Shown here: piece after piece, positions 8,252 through 16,148 of the stretch
Numbering within the stretch: position 1 is the stretch's first letter
Layout: each line of letters begins with the position of its first letter
Source of the DNA: an uncultured Alphaproteobacteria bacterium
Lineage (GTDB): Bacteria; Pseudomonadota; Alphaproteobacteria; SHVP01
Length of the DNA stretch: 38,225 nucleotides
NCBI GenBank assembly: GCA_938023835.1
Contig: CALJDF010000266.1
Span: forward strand, 1-38,225
Direction of reading: 5' to 3'
Made by a program: the position numbers and the translations under genes
Notes under the pieces: generated by a model
Told to the model about the DNA's origin: nothing
Databases searched by the model: none
What the model saw: only the letters and a program-made list of their open reading frames with translations

Positions 8252-9054
8252 GGCCGGGTTCCATCCCCATCGCCGTTCGGCTCAAGGCGCCCGTAGGTGA
8301 CAACCTGCGGGACGCCCAAGTCATTGGAGAGTGCTGCCTCTACCCCGTAGGTCTCGCGCAGGGTATCGCCCGACAGAACGGTAGCCGCAGTTCCCTCCGC
8401 AAAGACGCGCCCCTGATGCAGCAACACCAGATGGCTGCAGTACCGCGCCGCAAGGCTCAGATCATGAAAGACGACAACAGCCGTCATGCCTTGGGCGCAT
8501 AGACGATGAATCACGTCCAGAACAAGAAGCTGGTGGCTGAGATCCAGCGACGCCACCGGCTCATCCGCCAATAAGACGCGCGGATTGCTCGCAAGGGCTC
8601 GCGCCAAGAGAACGCGCGCTCGTTCGCCGGTTGATAGCGTCGAGACTACACGCGCTCTGAGGTGCGCCGCATCGACGCTTTCCAACACCTGCGCAACGGC
8701 ATCGAAGTCAGGCCCGCGCAACCCACGCCAAGTGTCGAGGGTCGGCAAGCGTCCGAGGGCCACAAGGCGCTCCACCACGAGGGGCCAATGCACTTCGGTT
8801 CCTTGCGGCAAATAAGACATCGCACGCGCACGATCGGTATCCGTCATGTCGAAAAGGGACCGACCGATGATCGATACGCGCCCGGCGTCCAACCGTTGCA
8901 ATCCGGCCAGAGAACGCAGCAACGTTGTCTTGCCCGACCCATTCGGACCGATCAATCCGACGAAGCGTCCCAGCTCGCCGCGCAGGGCGACGTCATACAA
9001 GACCTGCTCTGTACCAAGTCGGACGGCGATGCCCGTTGCATCAATTGCGGTCAT
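8248..9054 (-). CDS. btuD: ABC transporter ATP-binding protein (FecE/BtuD type), probable vitamin B12 import ATPase
   Basis: 268-aa ORF. Walker A 'GPNGSGKTT', signature 'LSTGERARV', Walker B 'LLADEP'. 4-nt overlaps with both neighbours. The symbol is assigned from operon context downstream of a cobalamin riboswitch. Confidence 0.85.
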   Translation of the reverse strand: MTAIDATGIAVRLGTEQVLYDVALRGELGRFVGLIGPNGSGKTTLLRSLAGLQRLDAGRVSIIGRSLFDMTDTDRARAMSYLPQGTEVHWPLVVERLVALGRLPTLDTWRGLRGPDFDAVAQVLESVDAAHLRARVVSTLSTGERARVLLARALASNPRVLLADEPVASLDLSHQLLVLDVIHRLCAQGMTAVVVFHDLSLAARYCSHLVLLHQGRVFAEGTAATVLSGDTLRETYGVEAALSNDLGVPQVVTYGRLEPNGDGDGTRP

Positions 9055-10082
9055 CGCATGGTCCGCCGAATGTAGAGCAGGAGGTACAAAAAGAAGGGCG
9101 CTCCGACGATGGCCGTGACGACCCCAAGTTGCAGGTCGGGTTCGACAGGGATCAGTCTTGTTGCGATGTCGGCCGCAAGCACCAGCGCGGCACCACCCAG
9201 CGCGCTTGGCAGCAACAGCCGACCCGGCTCGTGCCCGACCATGGGGCGCAACAAATGGGGTACCACAAGGCCGACAAACCCAACGGCCCCCGACACCGAT
9301 ACGGCGGCACCGACGGCCAGTGCGGTCCCAACGATCAGGCGCGCGCGCACCATGCGAAGATTGACCCCAAGCGACCGGGCAACATCCTCACCCAGCGATA
9401 AAGCATCGAGCGCCTTTCCGGTGCCAATGAACAAGGCACCACCAAAAACCATCAGCGGCAGGGCAACGCCCACGTGTTCAAAAGAGCGATCGGCTAGCGA
9501 CCCCAGTAGCCAGAAAACGATCTCAAGCGCGGCGTAGGGGCTCGGCGCGAGATTGAGCGCAAGTGACGTCAGTGCCGCGGCAAACGCGTTGAGCGCGACC
9601 CCGGCCAGAATCAAGGTTAGGATGCTCGCATCCCGCCCGGACATAACGTAGATGAGCAAAACCGCCATCAGCGCGCCGACCATACCGCCAATGGGCAGCG
9701 CCATGCCGAAGGTCTGTGCCAATCCAAAATAGAGCACGATCACCGCACCAAGACCGGCCGACGCCGAAACGCCGAGGATCCCTGGTTCGGCCAGCGGATT
9801 CCGGAGCAGCCCCTGCATGGCCGCACCCGCGCAACCCAGCGTCGCCCCTACCATGGCCGCGAGGATGGCACGCGGCGCGCGTATTTCCGCCAGAATCAGG
9901 GCATCCGTTGTCCGTTCACCCGCCACCACCTCATGGATCGTGCTCAGGAACGCCAGTGGGACCCGGCCTATCACGACCGACGCGATCCCCAATAGGAGGA
10001 CCAGCACAGAAAGCGTAAGCATCAGAGTGGTGTCGCGCAGGGCAATCCGCGACGGGTGCGCGGCGATCGGGCGCATTGTCAT
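9051..10082 (-). CDS. btuC: FecCD-family ABC permease, probable B12 import permease
   Basis: 343-aa polytopic membrane ORF typical of the FecCD/BtuC family ('RTTDALILAEIRAPRAILAAMVGATLGCAGAAMQGLLRNPLAEPGILGV'). Translationally coupled to both neighbours. Confidence 0.85.
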   Translation of the reverse strand: MTMRPIAAHPSRIALRDTTLMLTLSVLVLLLGIASVVIGRVPLAFLSTIHEVVAGERTTDALILAEIRAPRAILAAMVGATLGCAGAAMQGLLRNPLAEPGILGVSASAGLGAVIVLYFGLAQTFGMALPIGGMVGALMAVLLIYVMSGRDASILTLILAGVALNAFAAALTSLALNLAPSPYAALEIVFWLLGSLADRSFEHVGVALPLMVFGGALFIGTGKALDALSLGEDVARSLGVNLRMVRARLIVGTALAVGAAVSVSGAVGFVGLVVPHLLRPMVGHEPGRLLLPSALGGAALVLAADIATRLIPVEPDLQLGVVTAIVGAPFFLYLLLYIRRTMR

Positions 10083-10906
10083 CGCACTGCCTTAGCCAGG
10101 AATTCGACGGCCTGCACCGTGTACGGACCGCCGCACGTCCACAGGGTGGGATTCATGCGAATGATTTTGCCGTCAAAGTGACGGAGCGCCGGATGTTCCA
10201 GCACCTTCTCCGCAAGCGACGGGGCGCCATCCGCCAACTGATTGAGAACAATCACGTCGGGGTCGACGGCGATGATTTCCTCTAGGTCCACCCGACCAAA
10301 GCCCCCTATCCCGAGATCGCCAGCCACGTTATGAAGCCCCGCTGCCGTGAGAACCTCGTGGACCAAGCTTCCTGGACCACTGGTAAATCCGCGAACCCCC
10401 AGCACAAGTGCGCGCGGCGCCGGTCCGGGCGGCACATCGACCGCCGCCAGTTGCCGGTTCATTTTTTTGATCATCGCGGCCCCTTTGGCTTGGACGCCCA
10501 AGGAGTCCGAAAGCAACGTGATCTGACGCCGTATTTCTTCGAAGGTGTTGGGAATCGGCAAATCCAATACGGGCACGCCAAGACGCGCCAACATCCTGAC
10601 AGCGGGCCGCGCCGCGAACCGACCGGCCACGACGAGATCCGGTTGCATCGCGAGAATCTCTTCCGCCTCGCCGTGATTGACCGGAATGCTGTCGACGCGG
10701 TCGGCCACGTAAGATTGAGACGGGCGCGCCGACAAGAACGTCACTGAACGCAAGACATCGGGATCGGCAAGAAGGACCAGAAGTTGATCCGCACACAAAT
10801 TGATCGAAACAACTCTCTTTGCTGAACCTGCCGTTACTAGAGAGGGCGCGATGGCAAGGGTGCCCACCACAGCGGCAACATGCACCCAAATCCATCGCCT
10901 ACCCAT
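10079..10906 (-). CDS. btuF: Periplasmic-binding-protein type 2 (BtuF/HmuT-like) ABC substrate-binding protein
   Basis: 275-aa ORF with a signal peptide ('VAAVVGTLAIAPSLVTAGSA') and 'RVVSINLCADQLLVLL...PDLVVAG', typical of cluster-A siderophore/heme/B12 binding proteins. The B12 assignment comes from operon context. Confidence 0.75.
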   Translation of the reverse strand: MGRRWIWVHVAAVVGTLAIAPSLVTAGSAKRVVSINLCADQLLVLLADPDVLRSVTFLSARPSQSYVADRVDSIPVNHGEAEEILAMQPDLVVAGRFAARPAVRMLARLGVPVLDLPIPNTFEEIRRQITLLSDSLGVQAKGAAMIKKMNRQLAAVDVPPGPAPRALVLGVRGFTSGPGSLVHEVLTAAGLHNVAGDLGIGGFGRVDLEEIIAVDPDVIVLNQLADGAPSLAEKVLEHPALRHFDGKIIRMNPTLWTCGGPYTVQAVEFLAKAVR

Positions 10907-10908
10907 GA

Positions 10909-12855
10909 CTAGAACCGTACCCGGGCGCCCACGAAGACCCCGCGACTGGGCCCCGCAAGTCCGTCGGCGGTCTCAAACTTCCGGTTCAGCACGTTGTCGA
11001 CCCGGCCGAATACTTCAGTTCTCGCATTCACATCGAGAGACGCCGAAAAATCGACCAGCGTATGGCTGCCCTTGTGAATCTCTTGAGACGATGCAAGGGG
11101 ATTCCCGGACACATCTTTGCCGGAACCTACGAATCGCAACGCGCCGACGAGCAAAAGGCGATCCGTCGCTTGATGGCGCACGTCGAGGTCGAACTTTTGT
11201 TTGGGTCGCCGACGCAAGTCGTTCCCGGTGCTTTTGTCTTCCGCCCGGGTGAACGTGTGATCGAGGCGCACCGTCCATCGCGGCGACAATCGCACCGCAA
11301 TGAAGGTTTCAAAACCGAATATGTCGGCCCGTTTGAGATTGATGACCGTCGAATCGTTGCCGGTGAACTTGGTTTCCAAGAGGTTCTTGATTTCCTGATC
11401 GAAATAGGTCGACCCGACAATGAGGTTGCCGCCCCGGAGGCTTTGTTCGAACCCGACTTCCCAGCCCGTGCTCTCTTCGGGACGGAGGTTCGGATCGCCG
11501 GTAAAGGTGCCACCGTTGCTGCTGCGCGTATTGCCGAACAATTGGAACAAAGCGGGGGCCCGAAACCCGGTTCCCACCGAGCCTTTCAGGCGCAACCCTC
11601 GATCGGGAAATGCAACCACCGGGGCGAAGCGATACGTCACTTTTGAGCCCAACGTATCGTGCTCGTCGTAGCGGACACCGAGCGTGCCGAACACCCGTTC
11701 GTTGAACGAAAACTGATCTTGAACGAACACCGCGTTGGTGCGCGCATCGGCCTTCGTGCTTCCTTGAATGGTGAAACCGCTGAAGTTCGAGAACTGGGTG
11801 TTGCGGAGGGTGTCTAGCTCGCTCTCAAGCCCAAGCGTCAGAATGTGATCATCGAGCCCAAGATAGTTGTTTTGGATCTCAACTTTTTCCTTATCACCTT
11901 GCCCATCGGTTCGCTGCAAGGTGTTGGCGATCCCCGGCACATTGAAAGAATCCCGGTTGTGCCGCGTAAACGATACTGCCGCGTTCGATTCGACAAGGCC
12001 GCCAAAGAGGTCGAAGCGCGCATCGGCGCGGCCGAACCACTGACGGGTTCGTTCGTACGCGTCGGGGTCTTCAATCGGCTGATCCGTTTCGACTCTGGTC
12101 CGGATGTGATGCACCGTCAGACCGATGTCGATTCCCGCCGCGAGATCATAGCCAAGGCGCATAGAGAAGGACTTATGGGTGTAGCCGTCATCTTCCTCGG
12201 TTGCGCCGGCTTGAAGGGCACGGATGCGAGCGGGACTGACGCTCTCGCCGTCGCTGTCGAGATAACTTGTCCCGAACGCGTAGCGAAGCTTTCCACTGCT
12301 TCCTGTGGCTTTCAGGGCGCCACCCGCCGTGTCAAACGAACCGGCCTCCAATTGGGCAAGATACTGCGCCGGACCGGCCCCCAGTGTGGTCGTGATGTTG
12401 ACGACGGCGCCAATCGCGTCGGAGCCAAACAGCGTGCCTTGAGGACCACGAACCACTTCCACCCGCTCGATATCGCTGGTCAGCAGGTGCGCAAGATTGA
12501 AAGCACCGTTCGGCGTGCTGGAATCACTGATCTCGATCCCGTCGACGAGAATGAGCGTGTGATTGCTATTGCTGCCGCGCGAGAAAACCGACGTCTGCTT
12601 TCCCAACCCGCCAGATTGCACCACCCTCAACCCCGGTACCGACGACAAGACATCGACAAGGGTGTCCTGTTGCTTGGCTTCGATGTCGGCACGCGTGATG
12701 ACCGTGACCGAACTTGCCACCTCATCGCGAGGCGTAAACAAGCGGGTCGCCGTGACGACCGTTTCGGGGAGGAGCGACTGCGCGCCCACCGGTGTCGCCG
12801 CGCTAGCAGCGAGGACGCTCAGGGTGAGCGCCTTCAGTGTTGTCGTGTTTTTCAT
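10909..12855 (-). CDS. btuB: TonB-dependent outer-membrane receptor, probable vitamin B12 transporter
   Basis: The ORF is 10909..12909. I place the start at ATG 12855 (GGAGAA SD), giving the signal peptide 'MKNTTTLKALTLSVLAASAATPVGAQS'. TonB-box-like 'ETVVTATR', a plug domain and a barrel ending '...GARVRF'. It lies directly downstream of a cobalamin riboswitch. Confidence 0.9.
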   Translation of the reverse strand: MKNTTTLKALTLSVLAASAATPVGAQSLLPETVVTATRLFTPRDEVASSVTVITRADIEAKQQDTLVDVLSSVPGLRVVQSGGLGKQTSVFSRGSNSNHTLILVDGIEISDSSTPNGAFNLAHLLTSDIERVEVVRGPQGTLFGSDAIGAVVNITTTLGAGPAQYLAQLEAGSFDTAGGALKATGSSGKLRYAFGTSYLDSDGESVSPARIRALQAGATEEDDGYTHKSFSMRLGYDLAAGIDIGLTVHHIRTRVETDQPIEDPDAYERTRQWFGRADARFDLFGGLVESNAAVSFTRHNRDSFNVPGIANTLQRTDGQGDKEKVEIQNNYLGLDDHILTLGLESELDTLRNTQFSNFSGFTIQGSTKADARTNAVFVQDQFSFNERVFGTLGVRYDEHDTLGSKVTYRFAPVVAFPDRGLRLKGSVGTGFRAPALFQLFGNTRSSNGGTFTGDPNLRPEESTGWEVGFEQSLRGGNLIVGSTYFDQEIKNLLETKFTGNDSTVINLKRADIFGFETFIAVRLSPRWTVRLDHTFTRAEDKSTGNDLRRRPKQKFDLDVRHQATDRLLLVGALRFVGSGKDVSGNPLASSQEIHKGSHTLVDFSASLDVNARTEVFGRVDNVLNRKFETADGLAGPSRGVFVGARVRF

Positions 12856-13056
12856 GATTTTCTCCGAAGCGTTGAACGTGGCGCACGCTCGCAACATCGA
12901 AGGCCGCACAGAGATACAGCACCCCTAATCGGGACGATTCCGATACCGAAAAAGCAGATGCTTCCATCTCACGGACCCACGGCTACGACGTACAATCGTC
13001 GTCACCGCTACGGAAATCCGCACCACCGAGCGCCCCGATCGACGGATGGATGACGG

Positions 13057-13222
13057 CGACGGCAGGTCTCCTGGCTTGCGGGTCTAAGCCTCGCGCCCTG
13101 CCTTCCCGGTATTCCCAGTGGCTAGAATGGACGTGGACTCACCGCTCACAGTTGCGGGGGCAGCCACGGTATTGGCCTAGGCCGCACCGTGTTCCCTTTT
13201 CACCCCTTGCGGGGAACCGTCG
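13057..13222 (-). promoter_or_regulatory. Cobalamin (adenosylcobalamin-type) riboswitch aptamer in the btuB leader
   Basis: Read on the minus strand. P1 is CGACGG...CCGTCG. Conserved blocks 'GGTTCCCC', 'GTGAAAAGGGAACACGGTGCG', 'GCTGCCCCCGCAACTGTGAGCGG' and 'CCACTGGGAATACCGGGAAGGC' are present. The B12 box 'AGCCAGGAGACCTGCC' is at plus-strand coordinates 13061-13076. About 200 nt of expression platform follow before the btuB ATG at 12855. Confidence 0.9.
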
Positions 13223-13227
13223 AGGTC

Positions 13228-13258
13228 ATTGTCACATGGCGCAGATGGTGGGAGTCAA
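13228..13258 (-). promoter_or_regulatory. Candidate sigma70-type promoter of the riboswitch-btuB operon
   Basis: Minus strand: TTGACT (13258-13253), a ~19-nt spacer, then TGtGACAAT (-10 hexamer 13233-13228, with a TG extended element). The predicted transcription start falls at the first base of the riboswitch P1 stem (~13222). Confidence 0.45.
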
Positions 13259-13290
13259 GTTCGGTGATTGACCGCTCGACATCCGTCGTC

Positions 13291-14694
13291 TCACCGTGGC
13301 GTCGGCGTGAACCATCCTTCGTCGCTGAGCTGTTTCCAAAGCTTCTTGTGAACCACCGCGCCGCGGGCCAAGACGTCATCTTCTTTCGCAACCGTCAGAT
13401 CACCGTCGAAGACGAGAAAACGACCGTCCACCGCGACATGTCGAACGATCGACCCGTTGGCATAGAGGAGGTTGTTCAGTGGCTCCGGCGGCAGCGCCCC
13501 TGACCCAACCAACCAATCAGATAGATCCAAGGAGATAAAGTCGGCCTTAGCACCGACAGCAATGCGCCCGAGATCAGGGCGCCGAAGCCCATCGGCCGCC
13601 ACGACCGTAGCGCCGTCGACCGCCGCCCAAATCGTTGGCAAGGGGGCATCAACCAACTTGGCGCGTGTCTTACCCGCGATTACGGCCAACTTGATATTTT
13701 CGATTAGGTCGTTCGAGTGGGTGTCGATCGCGATATTGGTTGCGATGCCCGCGGCCAAAGCCTCGGGGTAGGGTTGCGTCGCGCCCCCGGCCCCGCCGGC
13801 TGACGGGCAATGAGCATAGACCGCCGCGTTTCTCTTAAGGATTTCCGGATCGGTGTCCCAGTCCAATGCCATCATGTGCGCGCCAAAGAAGGGCCCTTTG
13901 AATGCGCCGAGCTTCTCCAACCATTGAGCCGGCGACATCCCGTCGTGGAGACGTCGAACAGCAGCTGTCTCGGACTCCCGTTGAGACAAATGAATATGGA
14001 TGCCTGTGCCCAACTCGTCCGCCGCTTCGACGATGGCCGACATCGTTTCGTCGGTGTGGGTATCCGTCGCATGGGGCGCCATCATCGGCATGATGCGGCC
14101 CTCGTGCGCGTTCAAGTACTTTTTCCCGAACTCGAGGTTTGCTGCAATCTCTTCCAATGTTCCGGGAACGGAGTCGAACAACGCCTGATCGTCGTCTCGA
14201 AACCAGATGCTGTCGAGCCGCGACGTCCCGGGGATCATCCCACCGGGATAACCGCGGGCACCCCAGGCGCCTGCCACGCGAACATATGCCTCCGCCTGCC
14301 GCAGACTGAGGCTCATTTCGACCTGTGTGGTACACCCGGCTTTCAGCACCTCTGCGAGATTGAAAGCCGTCAGGTCGTCCAGCTCTTGATCCGACAACTG
14401 ATCCATTAATTTGATCGGGCGGGAATAGGATCGACCGCCTTCGATCAGGCCGCGGGTCGGCGTCGCGCTCGCAACATGGGTATGCCCGCTAATCAATCCC
14501 GGCATAAGAAGCTGATCCGGCAGAGACAGGCGCGGCCCATCCCCCTCCAAGGGTTCTGTGGTGACCTCAACAATCCGGTCGTCTTTCACCCGGATCGATC
14601 CACCCGATACGAGGTAGGAGCCGCTGTCGCCGTGGGCCAAAATCCAGCCGGCATCGATGATGTAGGACCCCTTAGGTGGCTGTTTTCCAGGCAT
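13291..14694 (-). CDS. Amidohydrolase-superfamily protein (chlorohydrolase / aminohydrolase / deaminase-like)
   Basis: 467-aa ORF. Metal-binding 'GLISGHTHV' (HxH) near the N-terminus, 'GIHIHLSQ', 'YAHCPSAGG' and 'IAIDTHSND', typical of MtaD/SsnA/guanine-deaminase-like amidohydrolases. Confidence 0.8.
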   Translation of the reverse strand: MPGKQPPKGSYIIDAGWILAHGDSGSYLVSGGSIRVKDDRIVEVTTEPLEGDGPRLSLPDQLLMPGLISGHTHVASATPTRGLIEGGRSYSRPIKLMDQLSDQELDDLTAFNLAEVLKAGCTTQVEMSLSLRQAEAYVRVAGAWGARGYPGGMIPGTSRLDSIWFRDDDQALFDSVPGTLEEIAANLEFGKKYLNAHEGRIMPMMAPHATDTHTDETMSAIVEAADELGTGIHIHLSQRESETAAVRRLHDGMSPAQWLEKLGAFKGPFFGAHMMALDWDTDPEILKRNAAVYAHCPSAGGAGGATQPYPEALAAGIATNIAIDTHSNDLIENIKLAVIAGKTRAKLVDAPLPTIWAAVDGATVVAADGLRRPDLGRIAVGAKADFISLDLSDWLVGSGALPPEPLNNLLYANGSIVRHVAVDGRFLVFDGDLTVAKEDDVLARGAVVHKKLWKQLSDEGWFTPTPR

Positions 14695-14875
14695 TTTCGT
14701 GATTCCGCCTCATTCGCTCTTGTTTTGGATTGCCGCCATCTTAATTCGAATTTTACTCGAAGCCCCTATTACTAATGGTGGTATTTCTAGCGTCGGGGCG
14801 CCATCTTTCGGGAGTTCCCCGTGAACAGGTTTGGTTAGTTGTGATGGTTGGTCTATCCGGCGCTCTAGCGGCAAA

Positions 14876-16120
14876 ATGCTGACTGCCCAAGAGTTCGTGG
14901 AGGTTCTCCGAGCCCACGAACGGTTCTCCCGACGTGAGCCCCAGGGCAAGCGGGCGCACATTGAGGGAGAGAATCTTTCTGGTCTTCGGCTCCCCTGGCT
15001 CAACCTACGGGAGTCGGTTCTTACGGGAACTGATTTTTCCCGCTGCGTCCTCACGAGTACCGACTTCGGGCGCGCATCGCTCACCCTCACAAATTTCGAA
15101 GACGCCGACGCCGAGGGCGCGAATTTCGAACGCGCTGAACTGCGTGGCGCGAAGCTAACGAATGCGAAACTCTCCGAGGCAAACTTCGCCGGTGCCGACT
15201 TGCGTCCCGCGACCGCTGCGGACCGTTCGGAGGTCAACACCATCCTCTATGGTGCCAGGCTTGACGTTGCGTCGTTCAACGACGCCCGGCTCCAACGGGG
15301 GAACCTTGGTGCCTGCGATTTGACGGGCGCTGATTTGAGCGGCGCCGACGCGACAGAGGCCAATCTGCGCGGCGCCCTCCTGCTGAACACCAAGATCGAA
15401 GGAGCCGAATTGTCCGCAGCCCACATCAATACGGTCGGCGCGGCGCTACCAGAGGATATTCAAAAGATTCTCCGCCAACACGCCCTATGGATCGATTCGT
15501 TTGGTGCCAAAGGAACGCGCGGCGACTTCGCCGGTCGAGACCTGAGTAGCGGCAACTTCGGCGGTGCATACCTTAGTGGCGCGAGGCTTGTTGGTACCAA
15601 CCTCAAAGGCGCGAATCTGGCGGGCGCTCTCCTCGTTCTTGCTGAACTCGACGGGGCCACGTTGGACGAAGCTCATTTACGACATGCCGATTTCGTGGGC
15701 GCCTCGCTCAAATCCGCGAAGATACGGCATGCGCGCCTCGAAGACGCGCGCTTCGCGCCAACCGATATTCTAGGCGCCAAAGGCGCGTCCACGGGCGAGA
15801 AACGGCGGTCGGACCTAAGCGACGCGTCGCTCCGTCAGAGCGCCATGTCGGGCGCGACCCTGCACCACGCCAACATTCGCAACGGCGATCTCCATGGTAT
15901 TCTCGCCGAGCAAACCGATTTTAGCGACGCGGACCTTTCGGGCGCGAACCTATCAAACGCCATCATCATGCGCGGCGACTTGTCGAACGCAAACCTCACC
16001 GGCGCCAATCTACGCCAGTGCGACCTTCGCGAGGCGAATCTGAAGGACGCCCAGGTCAACGACGCGGATACCACAGGCGCTAGTCTCGAGGGCGCAAACA
16101 CCGAGGGCACCGCGCTCTAG
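14876..16120 (+). CDS. Pentapeptide-repeat protein (two-module, ~414 aa)
   Basis: The ORF is 14831..16120. I place the start at ATG 14876 because 'MLTAQEFVEVLRAHERFSRR...' aligns residue-for-residue with the N-terminus of the paralog at 33304 ('MTPQDFVEMLRRHDRFLNRQ...'). Long runs of A(D/N)LxG-type pentapeptides. No signal peptide. Confidence 0.85.
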   Translation: MLTAQEFVEVLRAHERFSRREPQGKRAHIEGENLSGLRLPWLNLRESVLTGTDFSRCVLTSTDFGRASLTLTNFEDADAEGANFERAELRGAKLTNAKLSEANFAGADLRPATAADRSEVNTILYGARLDVASFNDARLQRGNLGACDLTGADLSGADATEANLRGALLLNTKIEGAELSAAHINTVGAALPEDIQKILRQHALWIDSFGAKGTRGDFAGRDLSSGNFGGAYLSGARLVGTNLKGANLAGALLVLAELDGATLDEAHLRHADFVGASLKSAKIRHARLEDARFAPTDILGAKGASTGEKRRSDLSDASLRQSAMSGATLHHANIRNGDLHGILAEQTDFSDADLSGANLSNAIIMRGDLSNANLTGANLRQCDLREANLKDAQVNDADTTGASLEGANTEGTAL

Positions 16121-16148
16121 CGCTCGGGGTGGCGCGAAAGAGCTTGCG

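Noticed and set aside
11845-13053. 402-aa plus-strand ORF antisense to the TonB-dependent receptor, running into the riboswitch leader
   Set aside because: It is a shadow ORF. The opposite strand encodes a receptor with a signal peptide, a TonB box and a terminal Phe. The 3' part of this ORF overlaps non-coding riboswitch expression-platform sequence.
14710-15243. Antisense ORFs across both pentapeptide-repeat genes (14710..15243, 15835..16110, 32463..33356), with repetitive 'SAP/RFA/KSA' translations
   Set aside because: These are mirror-frame artefacts of the 15-nt periodic pentapeptide coding repeat. The sense frames give canonical A(D/N)LxG repeats and align to each other from the first Met.
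14876-16120. 15-nt periodicity that could be mistaken for a tandem DNA repeat or CRISPR-like array
   Set aside because: The periodicity is at the protein level and degenerate at the nucleotide level. There are no identical direct repeats separated by unique spacers, and no cas genes anywhere in the window.
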